DNA of 64,000 nt, from positions 1,037-65,036 of the forward strand of contig CAYOKX010000002.1 in assembly GCA_964404655.1 (NCBI GenBank), read 5' to 3'. The stretch's first letter is position 1, and every line of letters starts with the position of its first letter. The notes below the pieces were generated by a model. That model ran no database searches, was not told the origin of the DNA, and saw only the letters and a list, made by a program, of their open reading frames with translations. Made by a program: the position numbers and the translations under genes. The stretch is from an uncultured Sulfurimonas sp. GTDB lineage: Bacteria > Campylobacterota > Campylobacteria > Campylobacterales > Sulfurimonadaceae. Below, piece by piece: positions 31,890 through 42,511 of the stretch.

Positions 31890-32678
31890 ATGAGTTCAAA
31901 TATATCTCACTTAGCAGTTATTGAAGAGGGTGCTACAATTGGTAAAGATGTTAAAATCGGTGCTTTTTGTTTCATATCATCTGAAACTACTATCGGTGAT
32001 GGAACAACGATTGCTCAAAGTAGTTGCATCTATGGTAAAACTACTATCGGTAAAAATAACACTATCTTTTCTCATTCTGTTTTAGGTTCAGTACCTCAAG
32101 ATTTAAAATTTAATGGTGAAGATGTTGAACTTATTATTGGAGATAATAACACAATAAGAGAGTTTACACTTTTCAACCCTGGTACAAAAGGTGGTGGTGG
32201 TAAAACTATTGTAGGAAATCACAATCTTTTTATGGGTTATGTCCATTTAGGGCATGATGTTATTATTGGTAATCACTGTATTTTAGCGAATGCAGCGACA
32301 TTAGCAGGTCATGTTGAACTTGGTGATTATGTTGTTATTGGTGGTATGACACCAATTCATCAATTTATTCATATTGGTGATTATGCTATGATAGGTGGAG
32401 CGAGTGCATTAGCTCAAGATGTACCACCATTTTGTATGGCAGAGGGAAATCGTGCTAATCTTCGAGGATTAAATTTAACAGGCTTAAGACGTAAGTTGGA
32501 AAGAGATGATATAAATGCACTTAAATCTGCTTATAGAGAACTGTTTGAATCTGGGAAACCACTCAAAGATACGGCAAGTGAACTATTGGAAAATATAGAT
32601 AATCATTATGTAAATGATTTATGTAACTTTATTCTAAAAACAAAACGAGGAATCCCATTTGAGAGGAAAAATATATGA
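31890..32678 (+). CDS. lpxA: UDP-GlcNAc acyltransferase
   Basis: Hexapeptide repeats, PQDLKF, HLGHD, LAGHV. Confidence 0.97.
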   Translation: MSSNISHLAVIEEGATIGKDVKIGAFCFISSETTIGDGTTIAQSSCIYGKTTIGKNNTIFSHSVLGSVPQDLKFNGEDVELIIGDNNTIREFTLFNPGTKGGGGKTIVGNHNLFMGYVHLGHDVIIGNHCILANAATLAGHVELGDYVVIGGMTPIHQFIHIGDYAMIGGASALAQDVPPFCMAEGNRANLRGLNLTGLRRKLERDDINALKSAYRELFESGKPLKDTASELLENIDNHYVNDLCNFILKTKRGIPFERKNI

Positions 32679-33919
32679 TTAATAGAAATTGTAGTTTCTG
32701 TGATGCTAAAGAGAGTGAAGAGAACCCAATAATTGCTGGAAATGGTGTTTATATCTGTAAAAACTGTGTTATTTCTGCTTATAAAATTATGTTTGGTGAT
32801 GAAAAAATAGAAAACAGTCAAAAAAATGATGAGCTACTCGAAGCTGTTGATACACTTATGACACCTAAGGAGTTAAATAATTTTTTAGGTGATTATATCA
32901 TTGGTCAAGAGAATGCTAGAAAACTTTTAAGTGTTGCTGTTTATAATCACTATAAAAGAATTTTTAAAGTTCAAAAAGTTACAGATGATGATACTGAGAT
33001 AGCAAAATCAAATGTTTTACTGATTGGACCAACAGGTTCAGGTAAAACATTGATGGCACAAACGATAGCAAGAGTTTTAAATGTACCTATCGCTATTGCA
33101 GATGCTACAAGCTTAACAGAAGCTGGATATGTTGGTGAGGATGTTGAAAATATTTTGACAAAACTTATTCAATCAGCTGATGGTGATGTAGAGAGAGCTC
33201 AAAAAGGGATAGTTTTTATCGATGAAGTGGATAAAGTAGCTCGAATGAGTGAAAATCGTTCAATTACGAGAGATGTATCTGGAGAGGGTGTACAACAAGC
33301 ACTTCTTAAAATTATAGAGGGTGCAGATGTAAATATTCCACCAAAAGGCGGACGTAAACATCCAAATCAAGAGTTTACATCTATCGATACTACAAATATT
33401 TTATTTATTTGTGGTGGTGCTTTTGATGGTCTTCATGATATTATGAAAAGAAAACAGGGGCAAAATGTTCTTGGTTTTGGGCATGATAAAAAGACTAAAG
33501 ATGAACAAGAAGTTACTTATGATATGGTTGAACCTGATGATTTAGTCTCTTATGGTCTTATTCCTGAACTTATAGGTCGTTTACCTATTATTGCCTCTTT
33601 AAGTGAAATTACCGAAGATGATATGGTTCGTATATTGACAGAACCTAAAAATTCACTTATTAAACAATATAAAAAACTTTTTGCTATTGATGATGTTGAG
33701 TTAAATTTTGATGAAGATGCACTTAGAGCTATCGCAATGAAATCGATAAAAAGAAAAACTGGTGCAAGAGGTTTACGAGCAATTTTAGAAGAAAATATGT
33801 TAGATATTATGTATGAACTACCTGAATATGAAGGGTATGAAGTCTTAATAACAAAAGAGGTTATAGACGATGGTGAAAAGCCTGTTTATGTCAAAAAAAC
33901 AGATTCAAAAATAGCTTAA
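32675..33919 (+). CDS. clpX: ClpX ATPase
   Basis: CSFC zinc finger, [23 protein letters not shown]. Confidence 0.98.
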   Translation: MINRNCSFCDAKESEENPIIAGNGVYICKNCVISAYKIMFGDEKIENSQKNDELLEAVDTLMTPKELNNFLGDYIIGQENARKLLSVAVYNHYKRIFKVQKVTDDDTEIAKSNVLLIGPTGSGKTLMAQTIARVLNVPIAIADATSLTEAGYVGEDVENILTKLIQSADGDVERAQKGIVFIDEVDKVARMSENRSITRDVSGEGVQQALLKIIEGADVNIPPKGGRKHPNQEFTSIDTTNILFICGGAFDGLHDIMKRKQGQNVLGFGHDKKTKDEQEVTYDMVEPDDLVSYGLIPELIGRLPIIASLSEITEDDMVRILTEPKNSLIKQYKKLFAIDDVELNFDEDALRAIAMKSIKRKTGARGLRAILEENMLDIMYELPEYEGYEVLITKEVIDDGEKPVYVKKTDSKIA

Positions 33920-33928
33920 GGTAAAAAG

Positions 33929-34966
33929 ATGATATTTAATAAAATTATAGGTCTTTTCTCTAATGATTTGTCAATAGATTTAGGAACTGCAAATACTATT
34001 GTAATCGCTAAAGGTCGTGGTATTATTATTAATGAGCCATCTGTGGTTGCGGTAAAAACTGAAAAATATGGTCATGCTCGTGTTTTAGCAGTTGGGCATG
34101 AAGCGAAAGATATGGTAGGGAAAACACCTGGAAATATCAAAGCTATTCGTCCAATGAGAGATGGTGTTATCGCTGATTTTGATATGACTGAAAAGATGAT
34201 TAGAAAGTTTATTGAAAAAGCACATGGTAGAAGCTCTTTAATCAGTCCTAGAATTATTATATGTGTTCCTTATGGTCTTACGCAAGTTGAAAGAAAAGCT
34301 GTTCGTGAATCTGCTTTAAGTGCTGGTGCTAGAGAAGTTTTTCTTATAGAAGAGCCTATGGCAGCAGCTATTGGTGCAGGTGTTGAAATTAGAGAGCCTA
34401 AGGGAAATCTAGTTGTTGATATTGGTGGTGGTACTACTGAGATAGGTGTTGTTTCTTTAGGTGGTCTTGTTTTATCAAAATCTATCCGTACAGCTGGAGA
34501 TAAAATAGACCAAGGCATAGTAAACTATGTAAGAAAAAAATATAATCTTTTAATTGGTGAGCGAGTTGCTGAAGAGATTAAAATTGCTATCGGAACAGCT
34601 ACACAACTTGAAGAAGAGTTATCTATGACTATTACTGGTCGTGACCAAGTGGAAGGGCTTTTAAGTTCAGTTGAATTGACAAGCGAAGATGCAAGAGAGG
34701 CGATGAAAGAACCTTTAGTTGAAATTTCAGAAGCTCTTTTAAGTGTTTTAGAAAAGATTCCACCTGATTTGGCTGGAGATATTGTAAACCATGGTATTAT
34801 TCTTACTGGTGGTGGAGCTTTGATTCGTCAATTTGATAAATACCTTTCAGATATAGTTCGTATTCCTGTATTTGTTGCAGATGAACCTCTTTTAGCTGTT
34901 GCCCGTGGAACAGGACGAGCATTAGAAGAGATAGACCTACTCCAAGAACTATTTGAAAATGAATAA
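33929..34966 (+). CDS. mreB: Rod shape protein MreB
   Basis: IDLGTANT, DIGGGTTE, LTGGGAL. Confidence 0.98.
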   Translation: MIFNKIIGLFSNDLSIDLGTANTIVIAKGRGIIINEPSVVAVKTEKYGHARVLAVGHEAKDMVGKTPGNIKAIRPMRDGVIADFDMTEKMIRKFIEKAHGRSSLISPRIIICVPYGLTQVERKAVRESALSAGAREVFLIEEPMAAAIGAGVEIREPKGNLVVDIGGGTTEIGVVSLGGLVLSKSIRTAGDKIDQGIVNYVRKKYNLLIGERVAEEIKIAIGTATQLEEELSMTITGRDQVEGLLSSVELTSEDAREAMKEPLVEISEALLSVLEKIPPDLAGDIVNHGIILTGGGALIRQFDKYLSDIVRIPVFVADEPLLAVARGTGRALEEIDLLQELFENE

Positions 34967-35720
34967 AGAGCTCTTTAGCTTTTTATTTATATTTGTAGCT
35001 TTATCTATTACTGCTCTGAACTACTCCTCTAGTGTTCAAATTCCAACTATTACTCTTTTAAATGATACAAAAATAACTTACCACCATTTTATTGAATATA
35101 TTGAAACAAATGTCGATAAACATTTTTACCAAGCTCAAAAGATTACTGAATTAGAGGAAGCTCTTCAAAAGTATGAAAATAACCATCTTGTAATGCAACA
35201 ACTAGCCAATGAAATTAAAGAACTTTTTGAAGAAAATAACTCTAAATTTAAAAGTGACCCAAGAGTTGAATTAGTTCGCTCTATCTCATATAAAAAGTTC
35301 GGTAACCTTAATAGAGTTTGGATAGATATGGATGATTTTAATAGCTCTAAAATATATGGTTTAACCTATAAAGAGTTAGTTGCAGGTATAGTAATATCTA
35401 AAGATGGAATGCCTTTAGCACTATTAAATAAAGATGTAAAAAGTTCTTATGCTGTATATATAGGAAAAGAGAAAGCTCCCGGTATAGCACATGGAAATAA
35501 CTCTGAAAACATTCTTGTTAAATTTATTCCAACATGGTTTCAAATTCATAAAGGGGATGAAATTATTACATCTGGTTTAGATAAAATATTTTTCAAAGGT
35601 TTAAAAGTTGGAAAAGTTATTTCTGTTACATCATCTCAAGGTTATCAAAATGCTATTGTAAAACCATATTTTAAAGCAAATGAATTAAATTATTTTCATA
35701 TCATAAGGAACTTATATTGA
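34959..35720 (+). CDS. mreC: Rod shape protein MreC
   Basis: N-terminal TM, coiled coil, GDEIITSGLD..F..GLKVG; follows mreB. Alternative ATG at 34953. Confidence 0.9.
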   Translation: MNKELFSFLFIFVALSITALNYSSSVQIPTITLLNDTKITYHHFIEYIETNVDKHFYQAQKITELEEALQKYENNHLVMQQLANEIKELFEENNSKFKSDPRVELVRSISYKKFGNLNRVWIDMDDFNSSKIYGLTYKELVAGIVISKDGMPLALLNKDVKSSYAVYIGKEKAPGIAHGNNSENILVKFIPTWFQIHKGDEIITSGLDKIFFKGLKVGKVISVTSSQGYQNAIVKPYFKANELNYFHIIRNLY

Positions 35721-36454
35721 AACATATATTAATTATCTTTTTCATTGTATTGAATCTATTAGCACAAGAGAGTAGAGAAAAAATTACTATCGGTACAGGT
35801 ATTTATACTCAAACTCAACCCTATAAAGGTGTAAAAAAACTACTATTACCATCTCCAATTATATTTTTTGATAATAGTATTATCTATATGAGATGGACTC
35901 GTATAGGATTATATTTTTTTGGTGAGAAACAAGAAAACTATGCTTGGGCTTTTTCATTTACAGCTATGCCTCGAACTTATGGATATAGTTCAGATGATAT
36001 AGAGGGTATGAAAGAGAGAGAGAGTAGTTGGGAAGGTGGATTATCTTTTAGTGGAAAATTAAAAGAATTTTATATAGAATTAATGGCATTAACAGATATT
36101 TTAGATAGATATGATTCTTATGTTGTAAAAACAGATATTGGATACAACTTTAAAATTAATAATTTTTCTTTTTATCCTAGTTTAAATATAAGTTATCAAT
36201 CCTCAAATTTTACAAACTACTATTATGGAGTAGAAAAAGATGAAGCAAATATAAATAGAAAGCAATATATTAGTTCATCTGGCTATCAATTTGGTGTTCA
36301 AACCTATATAGAGTATCCTATTACTCAAAAATTATCAACACTTATTAATTTTAAAGCTGATATATTATCTAATCAAGCAAGAAATAGCCCTTTAATAAAT
36401 AATAAATATATATATTCTGGGCTACTCTCTTTTATGTATAGTTTTGAATATTAA
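35717..36454 (+). CDS. MipA/OmpV family outer-membrane protein
   Basis: Signal peptide, PYKG, YYYGV, RNSPL, terminal aromatic beta-strand. Confidence 0.8.
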   Translation: MKHILIIFFIVLNLLAQESREKITIGTGIYTQTQPYKGVKKLLLPSPIIFFDNSIIYMRWTRIGLYFFGEKQENYAWAFSFTAMPRTYGYSSDDIEGMKERESSWEGGLSFSGKLKEFYIELMALTDILDRYDSYVVKTDIGYNFKINNFSFYPSLNISYQSSNFTNYYYGVEKDEANINRKQYISSSGYQFGVQTYIEYPITQKLSTLINFKADILSNQARNSPLINNKYIYSGLLSFMYSFEY

Positions 36455-36463
36455 TTTTCTGTT

Positions 36464-37804
36464 CTATTTTCCCAAACAAAAAGAGCCAAACATCTTATCT
36501 AACATCTCATCATTTTCAAAAGGTCTTGTGATAGATGCCATCTCTTTTATAGCCTCATTAAGATGAAAGGAAAATATCTCTAACTCTTGGTCTTGTAGTG
36601 GAAGAGAGGCATCCTCTATATTCGATAGTGTATTTTCAACAGCTGAAATCTGTCTCTGAGAGATAAGCATCATCTCATCAGAACTCTCTGTTGTATCCAT
36701 CATATTTTCCAAAAGTTTTATAAGAGTATCAACCTCTTTTTGGGAACTTATTTCTAAATTAAAATTTATATCATCTTTTAAAAATTTAGCTTCTAAATCT
36801 ATCTTGTTTTTTATATATATAATCTTCTTTTGAGAGGAAAATCCCTTGACAAGTTCTAATATTTTACTATCTTCTTCATCAAATTTTGATGAGTTATCAA
36901 AGAGTGTAATCACTATATCACTAGCTTCTATCGCTTCTATACTTCTCTCTATTCCTATCTTCTCTATCTCATCATTTGCATCGCGGATACCTGCTGTATC
37001 TACTATACGAATAAGATGTGTTCCTATCTTTACCTGCTCTTCGATAGTGTCTCTTGTTGTACCTGCTATATCACTTACTATTGCACGATTATAGTTTAAC
37101 AAACGATTTAAGAGAGAACTTTTTCCAACATTTGGTTTTCCAACGATAGCAACTTTAAAGCCTTGCATTAAACCTTCTCTCGCTTTACTTGCTAGAAGTG
37201 TAGAGTTCAATGATTTTAAAAGTTCATCAAGTTTATTTTGTATTTGTTGAACTAAATCATCAGGTAAATCCTCCTCTGCATAGTCAATAGTAACTTCAGA
37301 ATAGGCTAATATATGAATAATATCATCACGAACTTTTTCTATATACTCTTTTAAAGAACCTTTCATTTGGGAAGCTAAGATTTTAACAGCATCCTCACTT
37401 TTAGCTTCTATAAGCTGTGCAATTGCTTCAGCTTCACTTAGGTCTATTCGTCCATTAAAAAAAGCTCGTTTAGAGAACTCTCCAGCAGTGGCTAACCTTG
37501 CTCCAGTATTTAAACAAGCTTTTAAAATAGTTTGTGCAACTATAAATCCACCATGACATTGAATCTCCACAACATCTTCAGCTGTAAATGAGTGAGGTGC
37601 TTTAAAAAATATCGCTATCGATTCATCTATAAGTTCATTTTTGGAGTTGTATATATTTGTAAGTGTGGCATAACGGGGAGTTAAAATATCTCTTTTTGTT
37701 AAGATTTTGGCTATATCTAAAGCTCTATCACCGCTCAATCTTATAATTGCGATAGAACCTATACCATTTGCAGTTGCAATGGCACAGATTGTGTCAGTAT
37801 TCAT
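36464..37804 (-). CDS. mnmE: tRNA modification GTPase MnmE
   Basis: GKPNVGKSS, GTTRD, DTAG, NKID, FCLGK. Confidence 0.98.
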   Translation of the reverse strand: MNTDTICAIATANGIGSIAIIRLSGDRALDIAKILTKRDILTPRYATLTNIYNSKNELIDESIAIFFKAPHSFTAEDVVEIQCHGGFIVAQTILKACLNTGARLATAGEFSKRAFFNGRIDLSEAEAIAQLIEAKSEDAVKILASQMKGSLKEYIEKVRDDIIHILAYSEVTIDYAEEDLPDDLVQQIQNKLDELLKSLNSTLLASKAREGLMQGFKVAIVGKPNVGKSSLLNRLLNYNRAIVSDIAGTTRDTIEEQVKIGTHLIRIVDTAGIRDANDEIEKIGIERSIEAIEASDIVITLFDNSSKFDEEDSKILELVKGFSSQKKIIYIKNKIDLEAKFLKDDINFNLEISSQKEVDTLIKLLENMMDTTESSDEMMLISQRQISAVENTLSNIEDASLPLQDQELEIFSFHLNEAIKEMASITRPFENDEMLDKMFGSFCLGK

Positions 37805-37806
37805 AT

Positions 37807-38940
37807 TTAGTTATGATACTCATTTATAATTATATATTTAAGTCCATCACGAGTAGTACGTATAACTACATATTTATCAGGATAAACATCTCTCAATTTA
37901 CGAAGTGCTATCTGGATGAGAACACCATCAAGAACTTTAGTTTGCGCACGACCCTCTTTTTCTACTGTTTCGTGAACAGATAAAAGGTATCTATCTACTG
38001 AATCTTCTTGATTTTTTAAAAATTCAGCTATCTCTAAACGTAATTGAACATCATATTTAGTATTAATCCAATTAAATATCATATAAGATATAGCTTTGTA
38101 TCTATACCCCTCTTTTCCTATAAGAAGTGCAGAATCATTTCCTCTAAAGTTTACTAAAACTGTGTTTTCATCATAAGCAGTTACATCGATAGAATCAATA
38201 TTAAAGCAAGTTAGGTCAAAAAGAGCATTAATCTCTTCACTAATACTTTTCGCTTTTTGTTGAATATCGCTTCCTATCTCTTGGTTATCATATTCATCAT
38301 CATAATCTGCTGTGAATGCTAAACCATTATCTAAATCATCATAGTCATCATCTTGGTCACTTACAAATGATGTTGGCATAATTGTATCGTTTAAAATTTT
38401 ATTATGCTGTTTCTTTTGAATAACTTTTTCTCTCTTTTTAGGGGCAAATTTAACTTCTGCTTTTACCTCTTTTTTTTCTCTAATAACTCTTTTCTTTGGA
38501 ACACCTCTAACTTCTGGCTCTTCATCAAAATCTTTTGTTTCATAAATAGGTTTTCGTTTTTTAGGTTTAACTTTTTGAACCTCTATCTCATTTTCAGTAT
38601 CATCTTCATAAACAGTTTTTTTTCTTTTAACTTCTCTTCTTTTTACTGGTTTATGTTCTTTTGGAGCAGGGTGTCTTTTCTCTTTTTTTACAACAATTTC
38701 CTCTTCGGCAGGAACATCATAATCATCATCTAAATAGTCCTCTTCCTCTTCTTCATACTCTGGATGAGCTTTTTTAGGATTATGAGCAGCAATAATAATT
38801 GCATTCTTTTTAAAAAGTCCAAATACACCTGGACTAGGTTGCTGAATAACTTCTACTTTTAACTCAGATGCAGAACATCTAAGTTTAGAAGAGGCTTTCT
38901 TATATGCTTCTTCTAATGTTTGGGCTTCTATCTTAACCAT
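37807..38940 (-). CDS. jag: Jag/KhpB (EloR) RNA-binding protein with long charged linker
   Basis: Jag_N (TLEEA...VEVIQQPS.G.FG), KH LLIGKEG; lies between yidC and mnmE. Confidence 0.88.
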   Translation of the reverse strand: MVKIEAQTLEEAYKKASSKLRCSASELKVEVIQQPSPGVFGLFKKNAIIIAAHNPKKAHPEYEEEEEDYLDDDYDVPAEEEIVVKKEKRHPAPKEHKPVKRREVKRKKTVYEDDTENEIEVQKVKPKKRKPIYETKDFDEEPEVRGVPKKRVIREKKEVKAEVKFAPKKREKVIQKKQHNKILNDTIMPTSFVSDQDDDYDDLDNGLAFTADYDDEYDNQEIGSDIQQKAKSISEEINALFDLTCFNIDSIDVTAYDENTVLVNFRGNDSALLIGKEGYRYKAISYMIFNWINTKYDVQLRLEIAEFLKNQEDSVDRYLLSVHETVEKEGRAQTKVLDGVLIQIALRKLRDVYPDKYVVIRTTRDGLKYIIINEYHN

Positions 38941-40543
38941 TTTTTTTCTCCGTGTGTTTTGCTATTGCTATTTCAGCATCTTTTTTATTTTTAAATTGTT
39001 GATTTACAATAAATTGTTGAGCTATTGAAAAAAGATTATTAACAAACCAGTATAAAACTAGACCTGATGGGAATGTAACAAAGAAAAATGTAAATATAAG
39101 TGGTAAAAATTTAAATACTTTTTCTTGTAATGGGTCTGTAAAATTGTTTGGTGTAAGTTTTTGTTGATAGTACATAGATGCACCCATTAAGATAGGTAAT
39201 ACAAAGAAATTATCCATACGAGAAAGGTCATCTATCCATAAAATCCACTCTGCACCTTGAAGTTCCACAGCATTTAATAAAACTCTATATATTGCAAAAA
39301 ATACAGGTATTTGAAGTAACATTGGCAAACATCCACCAAGTGGGTTTGCTCCATGTTTCTTATACATATCCATAACTGCTGCATTCATACGTTGTGGGTC
39401 ACCTTTGTATTTAGCTTGAAGCTCTTTAATCTTTGGAGATATCTCTTTGATTTTTTGCATAGAAACCATACCCTTGTAAGTTAAAGGGTAAAGCATAATT
39501 CTAATTACAAGAGTAAGTGCTATGATAGACCAACCCCAGTTACCAAAAATTCCATGTAACCAAGAGAGGAAGCTAAAAAGTGGTTTTGAAGCAAAAGTAA
39601 ACCAACCATATTCAATGGCATTTGTTAAAATTGGGTCGATAGTATTTAAAACTTTATAATTTTTTTGACCTACATAACCACTAAATTGCATAGTTTGAAG
39701 TGCGTCAAAATAAACTATTGGATTGTCATCACGGTCACGCTCTACAATCACATTAGTATCTTTAGAGAGGTTATATATGATGGTTGCTGAGTATTGGTCA
39801 AATGCTGAGATAAGTTCAACACCGCTAAATGTTTTACGACCTTCTGCATCACCATCAGCTATAATAGTAGCTATCTCGTCATCTGTATAAATCATAGCAC
39901 CAACAACTGTCATCATCTGAGTTGTTACTTCTGGGCGTTGTCCTAAATATACAAAATATCTTTGATTTTCTGAGAGTGATACAACTGCATCATAATGACC
40001 ATCAGGAAAAAATGTAAGCTCTTTTGTAACTGTTAAAGTTGATAATTTTTGCGTTAAAACTACTTTAGAAGCTGAATCTTTTAAATCTATTTGTTGAATA
40101 GATGTTGTATATGGAACTGTCATCGCTTCTTTATTGAGTGCTTCATCTAAAAATCTAATAAAAAGAGGTTTTGTTGCAAAAGCTGGAATCAGCTGGGCAT
40201 TATTTCCTTCTTTGTCATTATATTTCTTTTGAAGAAGTTCTTTTGAAGATATACGACCTAATGTATCGATTTTTAATATAAAATCTTTATGTGATACAGT
40301 AACAATATCACTTGATGCGGTTGATGCCATTCTATCTTGAGCTGATATTGTATGGCCTACTGCATTTTCAACTAATAAACTTTTTTGCGTTGAGTTGTCT
40401 TTTAACTCTATTTTTTGAGCATTTTCTGCTCCCTCTAATGGTTGTTGCACTGGTGGAAAAATAGCTGTATAGACAGTAAAGAACAGTACAGATAAACCTA
40501 CTGCTATTAACAATCTTTGATTTGGTGTCATTTTGTCAAACAC
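38933..40543 (-). CDS. yidC: Membrane protein insertase YidC
   Basis: EYGW, GNWGWSII, NPLGGCLP, PSGLVLYW. Confidence 0.97.
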   Translation of the reverse strand: MFDKMTPNQRLLIAVGLSVLFFTVYTAIFPPVQQPLEGAENAQKIELKDNSTQKSLLVENAVGHTISAQDRMASTASSDIVTVSHKDFILKIDTLGRISSKELLQKKYNDKEGNNAQLIPAFATKPLFIRFLDEALNKEAMTVPYTTSIQQIDLKDSASKVVLTQKLSTLTVTKELTFFPDGHYDAVVSLSENQRYFVYLGQRPEVTTQMMTVVGAMIYTDDEIATIIADGDAEGRKTFSGVELISAFDQYSATIIYNLSKDTNVIVERDRDDNPIVYFDALQTMQFSGYVGQKNYKVLNTIDPILTNAIEYGWFTFASKPLFSFLSWLHGIFGNWGWSIIALTLVIRIMLYPLTYKGMVSMQKIKEISPKIKELQAKYKGDPQRMNAAVMDMYKKHGANPLGGCLPMLLQIPVFFAIYRVLLNAVELQGAEWILWIDDLSRMDNFFVLPILMGASMYYQQKLTPNNFTDPLQEKVFKFLPLIFTFFFVTFPSGLVLYWFVNNLFSIAQQFIVNQQFKNKKDAEIAIAKHTEKKNG

Positions 40544-40546
40544 AAA

Positions 40547-40873
40547 TTACCCTTTATATGAAAAATTTTTTATGATGTAGTAACGGTTTTTTTTATTGGG
40601 AACCAGCCAATATTCAATAGATGTAATATCTAGTTTTGAAGGTTTTATAATTAGCTTATCCAATAAAGGATATTCTATTCCACCATCGAAAAGTTGATTA
40701 CACCGTAGTATTCTAGTAGAAGAGTGATAAAAAGCACTTAAAATGGAGTTGTTTTTAAAGTTTAAACGAGCATATTCACTACAAGTTGGATAATATCGAC
40801 AACTTCCATAACCGATAAGAGTAAAGAATTTTTGATATAACCAAAGTAGCTTTAATAAAAATGTTTTTATCAT
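40547..40873 (-). CDS. yidD: Membrane protein insertion efficiency factor YidD
   Basis: CRYYPTCSEYA, RILRCN. Confidence 0.93.
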   Translation of the reverse strand: MIKTFLLKLLWLYQKFFTLIGYGSCRYYPTCSEYARLNFKNNSILSAFYHSSTRILRCNQLFDGGIEYPLLDKLIIKPSKLDITSIEYWLVPNKKNRYYIIKNFSYKG

Positions 40874-41220
40874 TTTTGATTTTCTTTAAATGCATAAGAT
40901 TTTTTAACAACTTTATGAAAGTCATTCATTAGTTGTTTATGAGAGGTATCAATTATTGATTGTTTTGCAACAAAAATATATATACCGTCTTTAAGAGAGT
41001 TGGAATAATCTAAAAAAATAGCACGAAGCTTTCTCTTTGCTCGATTTCGTTTTACTGCATTTCCAATTTTTTTGGTTGCCGTAAAACCTACTTTTTTTAT
41101 TCCACTTTGAGGAAGGAAAAAAAGTACAACATTCGAAGAATGCTGATTTTTTCCTTTTCTATAAATACGTTGAAACTCTTTGTGGAGTTTTAGCGTATTA
41201 AATCCACCTAAACTGTCAAT
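40870..41220 (-). CDS. rnpA: Ribonuclease P protein component (absent from ORF track); inferred ATT start overlapping rpmH
   Basis: Open frame [23 protein letters not shown]...[23 protein letters not shown]...YIFVAK ends at TGA 40872-40870. No ATG/GTG/TTG lies between the in-frame TAA (41226-41224) and the RNR motif. Confidence 0.9.
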   Translation of the reverse strand: MDSLGGFNTLKLHKEFQRIYRKGKNQHSSNVVLFFLPQSGIKKVGFTATKKIGNAVKRNRAKRKLRAIFLDYSNSLKDGIYIFVAKQSIIDTSHKQLMNDFHKVVKKSYAFKENQK

Positions 41221-41342
41221 TTTTTACGACCTTTAGCACGACGACGATTTAAAATGTTACGACCATTTTTAGTAGCCATACGAGCTCTAAAACCATGAGT
41301 TCTTTTTCTTGGTGTATTATGTGGTTGGTATGTTCTTTTCAC
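41208..41342 (-). CDS. rpmH: 50S ribosomal protein L34 (absent from ORF track)
   Basis: GTG start; [44 protein letters not shown]. Confidence 0.98.
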   Translation of the reverse strand: MKRTYQPHNTPRKRTHGFRARMATKNGRNILNRRRAKGRKKLTV

Positions 41343-41422
41343 TACATATCCTTATATAAAATTAAGTTCGAAATATTACTCAAATTTTACTTAAAATGTT
41401 ATTAATTTTTAAATTCAAACAA

Positions 41423-42130
41423 CTATTTGATAGCGATAAAAGTGGCAAAATTAGACCATCTAAAGATAACTTCACAGTGAGAAAAACCTGAATTTAATGC
41501 CATCTTAATATTTTCCTCTTCACTATATGGAACAAGTACATTTTCTAATGCTTCTCGTTTTTGAACTATCTCATATTCTGAATAACCTTGAGTCTTCTTG
41601 AAATCATAATAACATTCTATAAGCTCTTTATTTAATTTTGAGTGATGAGATATAACTTTTTCACTAAATATAAAAAGACCACCATTATTTGTAGTGTTAG
41701 ATATTTTTTTTACTAACTCTTCACGTACTAAAGGGCGTATAAACTGTAAAGTATAGTTACTTATAAATATATCTGCCATCTCATAGTTATATGTTAAAAT
41801 ATCTGCATTTTCCAATGTAATATCAGCACTTAAAGCTTTACATTTCTTTTTTGCACGTTTTAACATAGCCTCTGAATTATCTAATCCAATAAGTTTTGCA
41901 TCTACCTCTAATTTTCGTTTAATGTTTATAAGTAAAGAGGCCGTAGAACAGCCTAAATCATAAACAATAGAACCATCTTTAAGATTTTTATCTACAAAAA
42001 ATTCTGTAATTTTTTGACTTTCATCGTAAAATGGTACACTCCGAGCAAGCATATCATCAAAGACTGCTGCAACTTCTTCATCAAATTCAAACTGTTTTTT
42101 TATTGGTTTAGAAAATACTTTATCATTCAT
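41423..42130 (-). CDS. cmoA: Carboxy-SAM synthase CmoA
   Basis: [42 protein letters not shown]. Confidence 0.95.
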   Translation of the reverse strand: MNDKVFSKPIKKQFEFDEEVAAVFDDMLARSVPFYDESQKITEFFVDKNLKDGSIVYDLGCSTASLLINIKRKLEVDAKLIGLDNSEAMLKRAKKKCKALSADITLENADILTYNYEMADIFISNYTLQFIRPLVREELVKKISNTTNNGGLFIFSEKVISHHSKLNKELIECYYDFKKTQGYSEYEIVQKREALENVLVPYSEEENIKMALNSGFSHCEVIFRWSNFATFIAIK

Positions 42131-42166
42131 AGTATAATTCTATCTAAATATACTAAAGGAAAAAAT

Positions 42167-42511
42167 ATGGAGCTAGATATATCTTCAATTATGATGGGAT
42201 TTTTTATTATTTTATTGATATTAAGTATTTGGAAAATTTATGTTTTTTTACCAAATAAAGAGTTAGAAGATGATGATTCGACACAAGAAGCACAAGAAAA
42301 TATAAAGAAAGTTTTATTACTTGTTGTAAAAGAGAATAGAGGAGATTTAACTAAAACTAGATTATTTTTAAAGATGCAAGAACATAAAGAGTTTGATAAG
42401 AAAAAACATTGGAGATTTAATGAGAATAAGTTAAATCAACTTCTTAATTACTATTATAATGAAGATCCCCAAATTAAAAATATTGGGGATATTTATGAAA
42501 AACTTACTTAA
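42167..42511 (+). CDS. Small single-TM hypothetical protein
   Basis: AAAGGA SD before ATG 42167 (MELDISS...); TATAAT at 42133-42138. The longer track ORF overlaps cmoA. Confidence 0.75.
   Translation: MELDISSIMMGFFIILLILSIWKIYVFLPNKELEDDDSTQEAQENIKKVLLLVVKENRGDLTKTRLFLKMQEHKEFDKKKHWRFNENKLNQLLNYYYNEDPQIKNIGDIYEKLT

Noticed and set aside
41343-41422. Possible oriC/dnaA region next to rpmH
   Set aside because: No dnaA here and no DnaA-box cluster seen; the neighbour is cmoA.
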